Positions 1-8,828 of a stretch of DNA of 30,205 nt are shown piece by piece. The translations under genes were made by a program, and so were the position numbers. Source of the stretch: Methanobacteriota archaeon (lineage in GTDB: Archaea; JAADCQ01; Methanopyri; Methanopyrales; Methanopyraceae); NCBI GenBank assembly GCA_027064305.1, contig JAMOPY010000044.1:1-30205 (forward strand), written 5' to 3'. The notes below the pieces were generated by a model that saw nothing but the letters and a program-made list of their open reading frames with translations, was not told the origin of the DNA and made no database searches. The first letter of the stretch is position 1. Every line of letters begins with the position of its first letter.

Positions 1-243
1 GGACTTCAGCCGCGCCTTGACCATCCGGATGAAGGCCTTGCTGGGGAGGGGAGGGAGGTACAGGGAGAAGACGATCTGATCGTTCAGGACGGCCGCCGGC
101 TTCTCCTCCTCCAGGTGCCTGAGCAGCCTCTTGATCGGGCTCAGGAACCGGGACAGCCTGCCGGAGAGCTCGAAGTTAACCCGGCCGTCCCTTATCACGG
201 CCTCCAGCCGGATCCCGGGCTTATCAAGCAGGGTCACGCGCAA
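1..243 (-). CDS. N-terminal part of a protein running off the left window edge, probably a radical SAM enzyme
   Basis: Manual translation from TTG at 243 gives MRVTLLDKPGIRLEAVIRDGRVNFELSGRLSRFLSPIKRLLRHLEEEKPAAVLNDQIVFSLYLPPLPSKAFIRMVKARLKS, open to the edge and starting 6 nt after the protease stop. The SLYLPPLPSKAF segment resembles the N-terminus of methanogen radical SAM proteins, but the CxxxCxxC motif is outside the window. Confidence 0.6.
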   Translation of the reverse strand, partial: MRVTLLDKPGIRLEAVIRDGRVNFELSGRLSRFLSPIKRLLRHLEEEKPAAVLNDQIVFSLYLPPLPSKAFIRMVKARLKS

Positions 244-249
244 GGCGCG

Positions 250-1323
250 TTAGGACCCCAGCGCGCTGTGCGGTATGCGGATGTTGAGGATGAGCAACGC
301 CAGCGCCGTCAGGGAGACGGTGGTGACGATCCTGGAGGCCGCCTTGCGGTCCAGGACCTCGCGCAGAACCTCCTCCAGGATCCTTCCCCCGTCCAGGGGT
401 TTGATCGGCAGGAGGTTGGCCACGCCCACGCCCAGGGACAGCAGTCCGAGCAGCTCCAGGAACGCCATCAGGCGGAGCGCGAGCTCGGACGGCCAGTACC
501 CGCCGAAGTCCGGGATCACGTAGACCCCCATCACGGTTCGACCGTGCCAACCTCGCAGCGTGACGCGCTTCACGCCCCGATCCGTCCGGACGATCACCCG
601 GTCCCCAGGCCGGTGCCCGCTCACCACCTTCCTGAGATCCTGCACCGAGTGCACTCGATGCCCGTCCACGCTGAGGATCCGCTCGCCGGGCTCGAGCGGG
701 ACGTCCTTGAACAGCCTCCCGTGGACGATGACCCCGTCCCCCATCACTTTCGGGACGAGTGACAGTCCAGTCACCGCCCCCAGGCACGCTAGGTACGTGA
801 GCACGTTGAACGCCGGGCCCGCGCTCAGGACCTCGATCCTACGCCTCAGATCGGCGCGCTCGAACTCCCGCTGATCCGGCTCCACGAACGCGCCCGGGAA
901 GATCAAGACCAGGAAGAACCCGACGCGACGGATGCGGACGCCGGCCAGTCGCAGCGCCACCGCGTGCCCCAGCTCGTGAACCATGAGGATGAGGGCCAGG
1001 GAGACCGCGCCCGAAACGAGCGGGATCGTCACCCCGGGTAGCAGGGGCACGAACTCGCCTCCACCGGGGCCCGAGACCGCGACCCCTCGCACCAGCAGAT
1101 ACGTGGCCAGCCCGATCCCTAAGACCCCGATCGCCGGGGAGAGTCGAACCATGGCCCGGAGCAGCGCCCCCACCCGGCCGCGGAGCAACCGCTCCAGCCC
1201 GGGCACCCGGTCCGTGTACTTGTAAAGGACCCCCCACCTGAACTCCATCCCCAGGGCCCTACCCAGTCCCACGGCCACCGCAACCGCGATCGTCAGCGTC
1301 AGGAGGACCTCCCACCTCAACAC
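250..1323 (-). CDS. Site-2 (M50 family) intramembrane zinc metalloprotease with PDZ-like insert
   Basis: HELGH zinc motif, GAFVEPD, AGPAFN and NLLPIKPLDGG motifs; several hydrophobic helices; PDZ-like LEPGERILSVDG segment. Confidence 0.93.
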   Translation of the reverse strand: MLRWEVLLTLTIAVAVAVGLGRALGMEFRWGVLYKYTDRVPGLERLLRGRVGALLRAMVRLSPAIGVLGIGLATYLLVRGVAVSGPGGGEFVPLLPGVTIPLVSGAVSLALILMVHELGHAVALRLAGVRIRRVGFFLVLIFPGAFVEPDQREFERADLRRRIEVLSAGPAFNVLTYLACLGAVTGLSLVPKVMGDGVIVHGRLFKDVPLEPGERILSVDGHRVHSVQDLRKVVSGHRPGDRVIVRTDRGVKRVTLRGWHGRTVMGVYVIPDFGGYWPSELALRLMAFLELLGLLSLGVGVANLLPIKPLDGGRILEEVLREVLDRKAASRIVTTVSLTALALLILNIRIPHSALGS

Positions 1324-1346
1324 GGAGCCCCCAGGAGTGGATCACG

Positions 1347-2030
1347 ATGCGCGAGGTGAGGTACTCCAAGGAGCGGTGGGAGCTGCTGCGAAGGCTCCGC
1401 CGCAGGGCCCGTCGGGTGATCGAAACCCTCTCAGAGCTGGGGCTGGAGGGCTGGGTGCACGGCAGCGTGGCCCGGGGGGACGTCCGGAAGGGCAGCGACG
1501 TGGACGTGTTCGTGCCCCACACCACGTCCCCGCACGTCGTGGACGCTCTCGTCGAGTCCTCCCCGTACCCGGTCCTTAAAGTTGTGGCCACGCTGCCCAC
1601 CCCCAGGGACTGCGTGCGGGTTAAGGTCCTGATGGAGCGGAACGTGGAGGTCGTCGTCCCCGTCACCGCACCCTCGGACCGGGAGCTCGAGTTCTACGAC
1701 TTCTCCGGGAAGCTCACCCCAAGGGAGCTGGAGCGGGATGAGCGGGTACCCGGCGTCGACAAGCGGCTCCGGATGATCGAGCCGCGGTCGTGGGGCCACG
1801 TGGAGTACTCCATCATCGGCCGGGAGGGGGAGGTGGCCGCCAAGCTGGGCATCAGCACGCAGCTCGTCAACGAGCGGATCAAGGCGCTCACACGCAGGGA
1901 TAAAGTAGGGGTGCAGGGGGTTCACGCCAAGGTCGAGGGGCCGCCGGGCGAGCCCACGGTCGAGCTGCTCCGGCGGCTGGCCCGGAGCAACCCCAAGGCG
2001 GCGGAGAAGCTCGCCGAGCTGGGGGTGTGA
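1347..2030 (+). CDS. Predicted archaeal nucleotidyltransferase (Pol-beta superfamily, COG2413-like)
   Basis: HGSVARGDVRKGSDVDVFV signature; RVPGVDKRL and LTRRDKVG..G C-terminal motifs. Confidence 0.85.
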   Translation: MREVRYSKERWELLRRLRRRARRVIETLSELGLEGWVHGSVARGDVRKGSDVDVFVPHTTSPHVVDALVESSPYPVLKVVATLPTPRDCVRVKVLMERNVEVVVPVTAPSDRELEFYDFSGKLTPRELERDERVPGVDKRLRMIEPRSWGHVEYSIIGREGEVAAKLGISTQLVNERIKALTRRDKVGVQGVHAKVEGPPGEPTVELLRRLARSNPKAAEKLAELGV

Positions 2031-2653
2031 TCGTGGAGCCCGTCACCCCGGAGGACCCGCGCATCCGGCTGCTCATCTCCTTCGTCAGCCACTTGAAGGA
2101 TCGGGCGTCCTCCGGCGCGTACTCCGACGTGAACCGACGTCGGCTGGTGGAGGTCCTGGAGAGGCTCGAGTCCAAGCTGCAGGAGCTGCGCTACTCGTAC
2201 CTGCCTCCGGACCGGGTCGCCGAGGAGCTCTCCGCGCTGCGCTCGGAGCTCGAGGAGGCGGCGAACCCCGAGGAGCCCGACCTCCGCTGGCTGCTCGAGT
2301 ACCTCGAGCGCGCCGACCGGCTGTTCGGGCGCGAGGTTCGGGACGAGGCCGACGCCGTGCTGTGCACGGTGTGCGAGGTCCTGAGCGTGCGCGAGCACCC
2401 GGAGGCCGACAACCTCCGGGTTACCACCGTGGAGGCCGGGGACTTCGGACGGAGGACCGTGGTCACGAACCTGGAGGACGTGGAGGAGGGTGACTTGATG
2501 GCCCTGGCGCTGCTGCCGCCCCGGGAGTTCATGGGGGTGGTCAGCGAGGGGATGTTCTGCGGTCGGGCGGACGGAGACCCCGGAGAAATCATAGAGCCCC
2601 CGGACCGGGGCGAGGTCCGAAGCGCGGTGATGGAGTGGCTGGAGGGGGAGTGA
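2027..2653 (+). CDS. tRNA-binding protein with C-terminal EMAP/Trbp111-type OB fold (COG2517-like)
   Basis: EVLSVREHPEADNL...TVVTNL...LALLPPREFMGVVSEGMF; GTGA overlap with the upstream stop. Confidence 0.85.
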   Translation: MIVEPVTPEDPRIRLLISFVSHLKDRASSGAYSDVNRRRLVEVLERLESKLQELRYSYLPPDRVAEELSALRSELEEAANPEEPDLRWLLEYLERADRLFGREVRDEADAVLCTVCEVLSVREHPEADNLRVTTVEAGDFGRRTVVTNLEDVEEGDLMALALLPPREFMGVVSEGMFCGRADGDPGEIIEPPDRGEVRSAVMEWLEGE

Positions 2654-2658
2654 GTCGG

Positions 2659-3072
2659 ATGGTGGAGCCTGAGGACCTGACCTACCGAGAAAAGCTCGTC
2701 CTGCTGGCCCTGTACGAGGAGTTCGACGGCGGGCCCGCGGGCGTGAAGAAGCTGTCCCCCGTGGTGCACATGGACAAGACCAAGGTCGCCCGGGCCCTCA
2801 ACGAGCTCGAGGAGAAGGGGCTGGTGGAGTTCGAGCACATGAAGGGGCGCTGGCTCACCGAGGAGGGCGAGCGGCTCGCGAAGGAGATCGCCAAGGAGAT
2901 GGAACTGCCGGAGGACGAGGGTCCGTACCAGTGCTCCGAGTGCGGTCGGAAGTACAAGCACCTGCGGCTGAAGTGCGCGGTCTGCGGCGGCGAGATCGAG
3001 GTCAACAAGGACCACCCGGACGCGGCCAAGGCGGAGTGGAACCTGGAGCGCGCCCGGAAGGGCTTCCTCTAG
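2659..3072 (+). CDS. Winged-HTH protein with C-terminal zinc ribbon (putative regulator)
   Basis: KTKVARALNELEEKGLVE...LTEEG wHTH; CSECG and CAVCGG zinc knuckles. ATG 2659 chosen over 2635 because it follows a G-rich SD and the upstream stop. Confidence 0.75.
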   Translation: MVEPEDLTYREKLVLLALYEEFDGGPAGVKKLSPVVHMDKTKVARALNELEEKGLVEFEHMKGRWLTEEGERLAKEIAKEMELPEDEGPYQCSECGRKYKHLRLKCAVCGGEIEVNKDHPDAAKAEWNLERARKGFL

Positions 3073-3085
3073 CCCCCTCCCCGCA

Positions 3086-3108
3086 ATCGTTCTTGGGGAG
3101 CTAACGTT
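3086..3108. repeat. Degenerate copy of spaced palindrome (ATCGTTC-N9-TAACGTT)
   Basis: Same arms and 9-nt spacer as the copies at 12254 and 24661, with one mismatch per arm; it encloses the lysS SD and touches its TTG start. Confidence 0.6.
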
Positions 3109-4757
3109 TGAAGCGGCACTGGGCGGAGGTGAAGGCGCGGGAGGTCGAGGAGCACCTCGAGAGGCACGGGCTGGAGAGTGCCGTCGTGGCGAGCGGCGCC
3201 TCGACCTCCGGCCGGCTGCACATCGGGAACGCTCGGGACGTGCTCACAGCGGACGCCGTGGCTCGGGTGCTGGAGGATCGAGGGCACGACGTCCGGGTGA
3301 TCTGGGTCTCCGACGACGTGGACCCGCTCCGACGCATCCCCCGGGACCTCGAGGGCGAGCTCGACGAGAGGTACCTCGGCGTCCCGTACAAGGCCATCCC
3401 GATCGAGGACGGCACCCCCTACTCCGACCACTGGGCCGCGCGGTTCGTCCGCGAGCTGCGCGAGTTCGGCATCGACGTCGAGTGGGTGTCCTCCGCCGAG
3501 CTGTACATGGAGGAGGGGTTCGCGGAGCTGGTCCGACGGGCCGTCCGAGATTACTACGAGAACGGCCGGCTCGGGTCCATCTTCCGCCGGTTCGGGCTCA
3601 AGGAGGCCCGCGTGTACATGCCCATCTGCGAGCGGTGCGGCCGCATCGCCACCACCCGAGTCAAGTCCGTCGACGGGTGGGAGATCGAGTACGCCTGCGA
3701 GGGCCGGCACCGCGTGGGCGACGCCGTGCTCGAGGGCTGCGGCCACCGCGGCAGGCTCGACCTCCGGACGCCGATCGAGGTGAACGGCCTCGAGGTGCCC
3801 CCGGGCAAGCTGGGCTGGAAGGTGGAGTGGCCCGCTCGATGGGCCTACCTCCGCGTCGCCTGCGAGCCCTTCGGCAAGGATCACTACGTGTCCGGAGGCT
3901 CCTACGAGGTCGGCTCCGAGATCGTGGAGGAGCTCTTCGACTTCCCGGCCCCGGTCCCGGTACCGTACGAGTGGATCACGCTCGAGGGCGAGGCCATGTC
4001 CTCCTCCAAGGGGCACTACGCGACCCTGTCCGACTGGGCGGAGGTGTGCCACCGGGAGGTGCTCCGCTACTTCGTGCTCCGCAGCAAGCCGCTCAAGCAC
4101 CTCGACCTGGACCTGGGGCTCGGGCTGCTCCAGCTCGTGGACGACTACGACGAGCTGGAGGAGCGGTACTTCAGCGGCGAGGCGGACGAGCGGGAGCGCC
4201 GCCTGTACGAGCTTACGCGCGTGGACGGCGTGCCCGAGGAGTGCCCCCCGCACGTCCCGTTCCGCTTCTGCGCCGTCGTCGCGCAGGTGCTCGATGTCCG
4301 GGGCGAGGTGGGGTCCGAGGAGCTCGAGCGGGCGATCGAGATCTTCCTCCGGACCGGTCACCTGGAGGAGGAGCCCTCCGGGTTCGGGCGCGAGTGGCTG
4401 CGGGAGCGGCTGGAGAAGGCGTCCCGGTGGGTGGACCGGTACGCCCCGGAGGAGGCCCGGTTCAGGGTCCGGGAGGAGCCGGAGGCCGTGGATCTGGACG
4501 AGTCGGAGCGGGCGTTCCTGAGGGCCCTGCTGAGGCGGTTGGAGGAGGTGGAGTCCGAGGACCCGTCCGAGCTGCAGCGCGCGTTCTTCGACGCCGCCCG
4601 GGACGCTGATGTTAAACCCGGCCGGGCCTTCCGGGCCTTTTACCGGGTGGTCATCGGGAAGGACCGGGGTCCCCGGGCGGGCACGCTCACGGCGGCCGTG
4701 GGGGTGGATCGGGTTTCGGAGCTGATACGGGGCTGCCTCGAGGCTTCAGAAGGCTGA
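3108..4757 (+). CDS. lysS: Class I lysyl-tRNA synthetase
   Basis: N-terminal HWA, SGRLHIGN (HIGH), GKLGWKVEWPARW, EPFGKDH, MSSSKG (KMSKS) and C-terminal GPRAG motifs. Confidence 0.97.
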   Translation: MKRHWAEVKAREVEEHLERHGLESAVVASGASTSGRLHIGNARDVLTADAVARVLEDRGHDVRVIWVSDDVDPLRRIPRDLEGELDERYLGVPYKAIPIEDGTPYSDHWAARFVRELREFGIDVEWVSSAELYMEEGFAELVRRAVRDYYENGRLGSIFRRFGLKEARVYMPICERCGRIATTRVKSVDGWEIEYACEGRHRVGDAVLEGCGHRGRLDLRTPIEVNGLEVPPGKLGWKVEWPARWAYLRVACEPFGKDHYVSGGSYEVGSEIVEELFDFPAPVPVPYEWITLEGEAMSSSKGHYATLSDWAEVCHREVLRYFVLRSKPLKHLDLDLGLGLLQLVDDYDELEERYFSGEADERERRLYELTRVDGVPEECPPHVPFRFCAVVAQVLDVRGEVGSEELERAIEIFLRTGHLEEEPSGFGREWLRERLEKASRWVDRYAPEEARFRVREEPEAVDLDESERAFLRALLRRLEEVESEDPSELQRAFFDAARDADVKPGRAFRAFYRVVIGKDRGPRAGTLTAAVGVDRVSELIRGCLEASEG

Positions 4758-5839
4758 GGACGGGGAACGTCGTCCGCGGCGAGCCGCCCGAAGGGTGCCG
4801 GCTCTGCGTCAAAGGCGCCAAGCTGGTGGTCTTCGTCACCGGCAGGTGCGGGCGGGGCTGCTGGTACTGCCCCGTCTCCCCGGAGCGCAAGGGGAGGGAC
4901 GTGGCGTACGCCAACGAGCGGCCGATCCGCGACGAGCGGGACCTGCTCGAGGAGGCGAGGCTCATGAGCGCGGAGGGGGCCAGCCTCACGGGCGGGGACA
5001 TCACCCTGCGGCTGGACCGGTGCGAGTGGGCGCTCACGGTCCTCAAGGGAGAGTTCGGCGAGGACTTCCACGTGCACGCGTACGTGCCGGCGGAGTCCGT
5101 GGACCGGGAGGCGCTCGATCGGCTCGCCGGGTCGGGGCTGGACGAGCTGCGGATTCACCCGTCGTTCGACGAGGACGTCAACGAGCGGGCCGCCCGGCTG
5201 GCCTCCCGGTACGACTGGGACGCGGGGTTCGAGATGCCCGCGATCCCGGGGCGCGAGGACTGGATCGTGGAGGTGGCGCGGATCGCGGAGCGGCACGGGC
5301 TGGACTTCCTGAACGTCAACGAGCTCGAGTTCACGGAGTCCAACGCGCGGGAGCTCCGGTCCCGGGGACTCCGCCGAGTCAGCGACGACTCCGACGCCGC
5401 GAAGGGCAGCGAGGAGACGGCCCTGCGCGGGCTCGCCCGCGCGGCGGACGAGGTCTCCCTGACCCTGCACTACTGCCCCTCCTCGGTCAAGGATTCCGTC
5501 CAGCTGCGCGAGCGGCTCAAGCGAACCGCCCTAAACGTGGCGCGGGAGCACGAGATGGTGGACGAGGACGGGATGATAGTTCGCGGGGAGATCCGCGTGA
5601 GGTCGGGCGATCCCGAGAACGTGGCCCGGGTGCTGACGGAGATCCTCGAGGTGCCCGAGGAGTGGGTGCGGGTGCGCGGGGACCGGGTGGAGGTGAAGCC
5701 GGTCGTTCTGCAGGACCTTTCGGACCTGCTGGACGACATCGCGGAGGCCGCCGGGTGCGAGCTCGAGGCCGTGATCGTGCGAGAGTACCCCACGTGGGAC
5801 CGGACCGTGGTGGAGGTCTGGCCGGTGGGTGAGGACTGA
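4754..5839 (+). CDS. Radical SAM protein (COG2108-like)
   Basis: CGRGCWYC motif, TGGD, LDELRIHP, LNVNELEFTESN. The family-like GEPPEGCRLCVKGAKLV segment lies upstream of the first canonical start (GTG 4826), so the start is placed tentatively at CTG 4754, overlapping the lysS TGA. Confidence 0.85.
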   Translation: MRTGNVVRGEPPEGCRLCVKGAKLVVFVTGRCGRGCWYCPVSPERKGRDVAYANERPIRDERDLLEEARLMSAEGASLTGGDITLRLDRCEWALTVLKGEFGEDFHVHAYVPAESVDREALDRLAGSGLDELRIHPSFDEDVNERAARLASRYDWDAGFEMPAIPGREDWIVEVARIAERHGLDFLNVNELEFTESNARELRSRGLRRVSDDSDAAKGSEETALRGLARAADEVSLTLHYCPSSVKDSVQLRERLKRTALNVAREHEMVDEDGMIVRGEIRVRSGDPENVARVLTEILEVPEEWVRVRGDRVEVKPVVLQDLSDLLDDIAEAAGCELEAVIVREYPTWDRTVVEVWPVGED

Positions 5840-6357
5840 TGGGCAGGGGCGAGTCCTCGGTCCGCCGACTGCGGCGCGTCAGCCGCGTTTGGAGGGCCAC
5901 CACGTACGCCGGCTCCGTGCTCACGATACTTCTGATCGCGGCCCTGATCGTGACCTCCCTCAGCCAGTACAGTTACAAGGCTCAGGTGTTGCTGTTCGGC
6001 AACTACCGGGACCAGCTGAATCACATCGACTCGGAGTACCGGAAGCTGAGGCTCGAGTTCATGAAAACCAACGACAGACTCCGCACGCTGCGCGAGCTGT
6101 ACCCGATCTCCAGCTCCGACCTGCATCGCGTGGAGAAGATCCGTGCGAAGGCCTCGCTGGAGCTGTCATCGCTGAACGAGCGGTGCAAGGACGCGGAGTT
6201 CGCCGTGAACGTCATGCACGATCCGGCGCTGTCGGACGTCAAGATCCGGGAGTGCCTGGTGCAGCTGAAGAAGGCCAGGGCGGCCGTGAACGCCTTCATC
6301 CGGGCGGTCGACGAGCTTGAGAACAAGTATGCGGGCGGCCAGCCGGGATCGGGTTGA
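5839..6357 (+). CDS. Hypothetical membrane-anchored helical/coiled-coil protein
   Basis: TGATG coupling with the upstream stop; basic N-terminus, one TM helix (VLTILLIAALIVTSL), amphipathic helical remainder. Confidence 0.7.
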   Translation: MGRGESSVRRLRRVSRVWRATTYAGSVLTILLIAALIVTSLSQYSYKAQVLLFGNYRDQLNHIDSEYRKLRLEFMKTNDRLRTLRELYPISSSDLHRVEKIRAKASLELSSLNERCKDAEFAVNVMHDPALSDVKIRECLVQLKKARAAVNAFIRAVDELENKYAGGQPGSG

Positions 6358-7648
6358 GGTGGACCTCACCACCGTCCACGACCAACTCACCGTGCGGTCC
6401 GAGGAGGGGCTCCTCCGACTGACCCTGTACGGGCTGATCGAGGTTGAGGTGAGTCCCCGGGAACTCGCCCGCATGCTCTCCTCCCTGCTCTCCCGGATCG
6501 AGCGCCGGCGCGTGCTCGCGCGCGTGGAGGGAACCCGGGTGGTGGCCCAGGGTACCCGGCGCGACCGGTTGGAGGAGGCGCTGCGCACCCTGATCTCCCG
6601 ACTCGCCGGGGAGTCGGGCGTCCACGCCCACACCCGCCGGCGGCTGATTTACCTCACCGAGGCCTTGGGCGTTCCGCTCGTCGGCCACACCGCCTTCGGC
6701 ATCATCGACCGTGGTACCAACGTGCTCCAGGTGCGTCCCATCACGGGGTGCAACCTCTGCTGCGTGTACTGCAGCGTCGACGAGGGGAGGATCTCACGCA
6801 CCCGATGGCGGGACTTCGTGGTGGACCCCGACTACCTGCTGGACTGGTTCCGCGAGATCGCCGACTTCAAAGGTGAGGGCGTGGAGGCGCACATCGACGG
6901 TCAGGGCGAACCGACCCTCTACCCCTTCCTACCCGACCTGGTGCAGGGCCTGAAGGAGCACCCCAACGTGGAAGTGGTTTCGATGCAGACCAACGCCGTC
7001 CCGCTGGACGAGGACTACGTGGACGAGCTCGTCGAGGCGGGCCTGGACCGCTTCAACGTCAGCCTCAACAGCCTGGACCCGGAGAAGGCGCGCGCGATGG
7101 CCGGTACCCGGGACTACGACGTCCGGCACGTGATGCGGATCGCGGAGTACATCGCGCGGGAGACCCGGGCGGACGTACTGCTGGCCCCGCTGTGGTTGCC
7201 CGGGTACAACGACGAGGACATCGTCGAGATCATCGAGTTCGCGGTCGAGATCGGTGCGGGCGAGCGGTGGCCCGCGCTCGGTATTCAGAACTACCTGGAG
7301 TACCGGTTCGGCCGCCGGCCCCGGTTCCTGCGCCGGGTCGTGCCGATGAAGGAGTTCTACCGGTGGCTGCGGGAGCTCGAGCGCAGGACCGGGGTGCGAC
7401 CGCTGGTCCTGCGGCCCGAGCACTTCGGGACGGAGCCCCGTCGGTCGCTTCCCAAGCCCTTCCGGCGGGGGGACGTGGTGCGGGCCGAGGTGATCCTGGA
7501 GGGGCGCATCCGGGGCGAGATGATCGCCCGGGCCGCGGACCGCGTGATCGCGGTCCCGGACTCCGCCAAGAAATTAAGCGTGGGGAGCTCGGTGAGGCTC
7601 CGGATCACCCGGGACCGGCACAACATCTTCGTGGGCAAGCCCGTGTAG
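6329..7648 (+). CDS. Radical SAM protein with C-terminal TRAM-like domain (COG2100-like)
   Basis: [46 protein letters not shown], and C-terminal [15 protein letters not shown]. Start uncertain (6317, 6329 or 6359). Confidence 0.88.
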   Translation: MRAASRDRVEVDLTTVHDQLTVRSEEGLLRLTLYGLIEVEVSPRELARMLSSLLSRIERRRVLARVEGTRVVAQGTRRDRLEEALRTLISRLAGESGVHAHTRRRLIYLTEALGVPLVGHTAFGIIDRGTNVLQVRPITGCNLCCVYCSVDEGRISRTRWRDFVVDPDYLLDWFREIADFKGEGVEAHIDGQGEPTLYPFLPDLVQGLKEHPNVEVVSMQTNAVPLDEDYVDELVEAGLDRFNVSLNSLDPEKARAMAGTRDYDVRHVMRIAEYIARETRADVLLAPLWLPGYNDEDIVEIIEFAVEIGAGERWPALGIQNYLEYRFGRRPRFLRRVVPMKEFYRWLRELERRTGVRPLVLRPEHFGTEPRRSLPKPFRRGDVVRAEVILEGRIRGEMIARAADRVIAVPDSAKKLSVGSSVRLRITRDRHNIFVGKPV

Positions 7649-7662
7649 GGGGGCTCGTGCCG

Positions 7663-8121
7663 ATGGCCGAGGAGTCGAAGGAGGACCGCGAGATCCCGGA
7701 CTGGTGGGAGAAGGAGTGGGCGGAGTTCCGGTACCGCGGCTACACGCTGGACGAGCTGATGAAGATGCCGATCGAGGAGTTCATCGAGCTGCTGCCGGCG
7801 CGCCAGCGCCGCTCGCTGAAGCGGGGCCTCCCCTCCCGGCACAAGAAGCTGCTGCAGAAGGTCCGCCGGGCCCGGAGGCTCCTGCGGCGCGGGAAGAAGC
7901 CGCCGGTGATCCGCACGCACTGCCGTGACATGATCATCCTGCCGGAGATGGTCGGGCTGACCATCGCCGTGTACAACGGGAAGGAGTTCAAGGAGGTCAA
8001 GATCGAGCCGGAGATGATCGGTCACTACCTCGGCGAGTTCGCCAAGACCAGGAAGAAGGTGGAGCACGGTGACCCGGGCATCGGCGCCACGAGGAGCTCA
8101 CTCTTCGTGCCGCTGAAGTGA
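7663..8121 (+). CDS. rps19p: 30S ribosomal protein S19 (uS19)
   Basis: [62 protein letters not shown]; G-rich SD before ATG 7663. Confidence 0.98.
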   Translation: MAEESKEDREIPDWWEKEWAEFRYRGYTLDELMKMPIEEFIELLPARQRRSLKRGLPSRHKKLLQKVRRARRLLRRGKKPPVIRTHCRDMIILPEMVGLTIAVYNGKEFKEVKIEPEMIGHYLGEFAKTRKKVEHGDPGIGATRSSLFVPLK

Positions 8122-8808
8122 GGAGGACGCCGGGAACCGGGCCCGCACGCCGTACAGGGAGAATCGCCCCTCGAGCCCCTGGATGCGCCGGATCAGCTGC
8201 ACCTCCACCCACTCCCCACGCGCGCGCAGCCACCGTTCCAGGATCCCGTCGTACCCGGTGACCCACCCCTCCACCTCCGACCTCCGATCCCCCCGGCCCC
8301 CCAGCACCTCTTTCAGCTCCCTCCACGCGCGGTCCACGGCCTTTTTCACGCTCCAACTGCTGTCCAGGTCGTACTCGCGGAGGAAGTACAGGGCGATCCG
8401 CAGGGGGTCCCGAACCGACCCCCCTCGCCACCGGATCTCCCGGCTCACGGAGCCCTCCGCGGTGAGCTTCACGTCCTCCACGTCCAACCCCCTGGGGCTC
8501 AGCTCGCTCTTCTCGAACAGCACCGAGACCACGGTCAGCAGCTTCGACCCGCCCACCCGGCGCGCCCGGAGCCCGAAGGTATACCGGGCGTCCTCGGTCG
8601 GGCCGTCCACGAGCTCGTTCGTGGGCACGTCCTCGTCGCGGCGCGTCCAGATCGTCAGCGAGCACTCCACGTCCGAGTACTCGCGGGCCGGGACGTGCGC
8701 AAGCATCTCCGTCAGCGTGCGGTACACCTCCCTCACCCGATCCTTGTCCAACTCAAGGGCGTGACGGTAGGCGAACCTCGCCCCCGTTTCATAAACCGTG
8801 GACACCAC
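8098..8808 (-). CDS. Hypothetical protein
   Basis: 236-aa ORF with globular-protein composition, GGGGGT SD upstream, filling the gap between rps19 and the next gene; no family recognised. Confidence 0.7.
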   Translation of the reverse strand: MVSTVYETGARFAYRHALELDKDRVREVYRTLTEMLAHVPAREYSDVECSLTIWTRRDEDVPTNELVDGPTEDARYTFGLRARRVGGSKLLTVVSVLFEKSELSPRGLDVEDVKLTAEGSVSREIRWRGGSVRDPLRIALYFLREYDLDSSWSVKKAVDRAWRELKEVLGGRGDRRSEVEGWVTGYDGILERWLRARGEWVEVQLIRRIQGLEGRFSLYGVRARFPASSSLQRHEE

Positions 8809-8828
8809 CCCCGCCCGGGGATGGTACG

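Noticed and set aside
5821-5876. GTGAGGA...GCGA...CCGA as a third box C/D sRNA
   Set aside because: No C' box and a poor terminal stem.
7192-7662. Apparent 157-aa extension of uS19
   Set aside because: It is an alternative frame of the radical SAM gene; SD and homology support ATG 7663.
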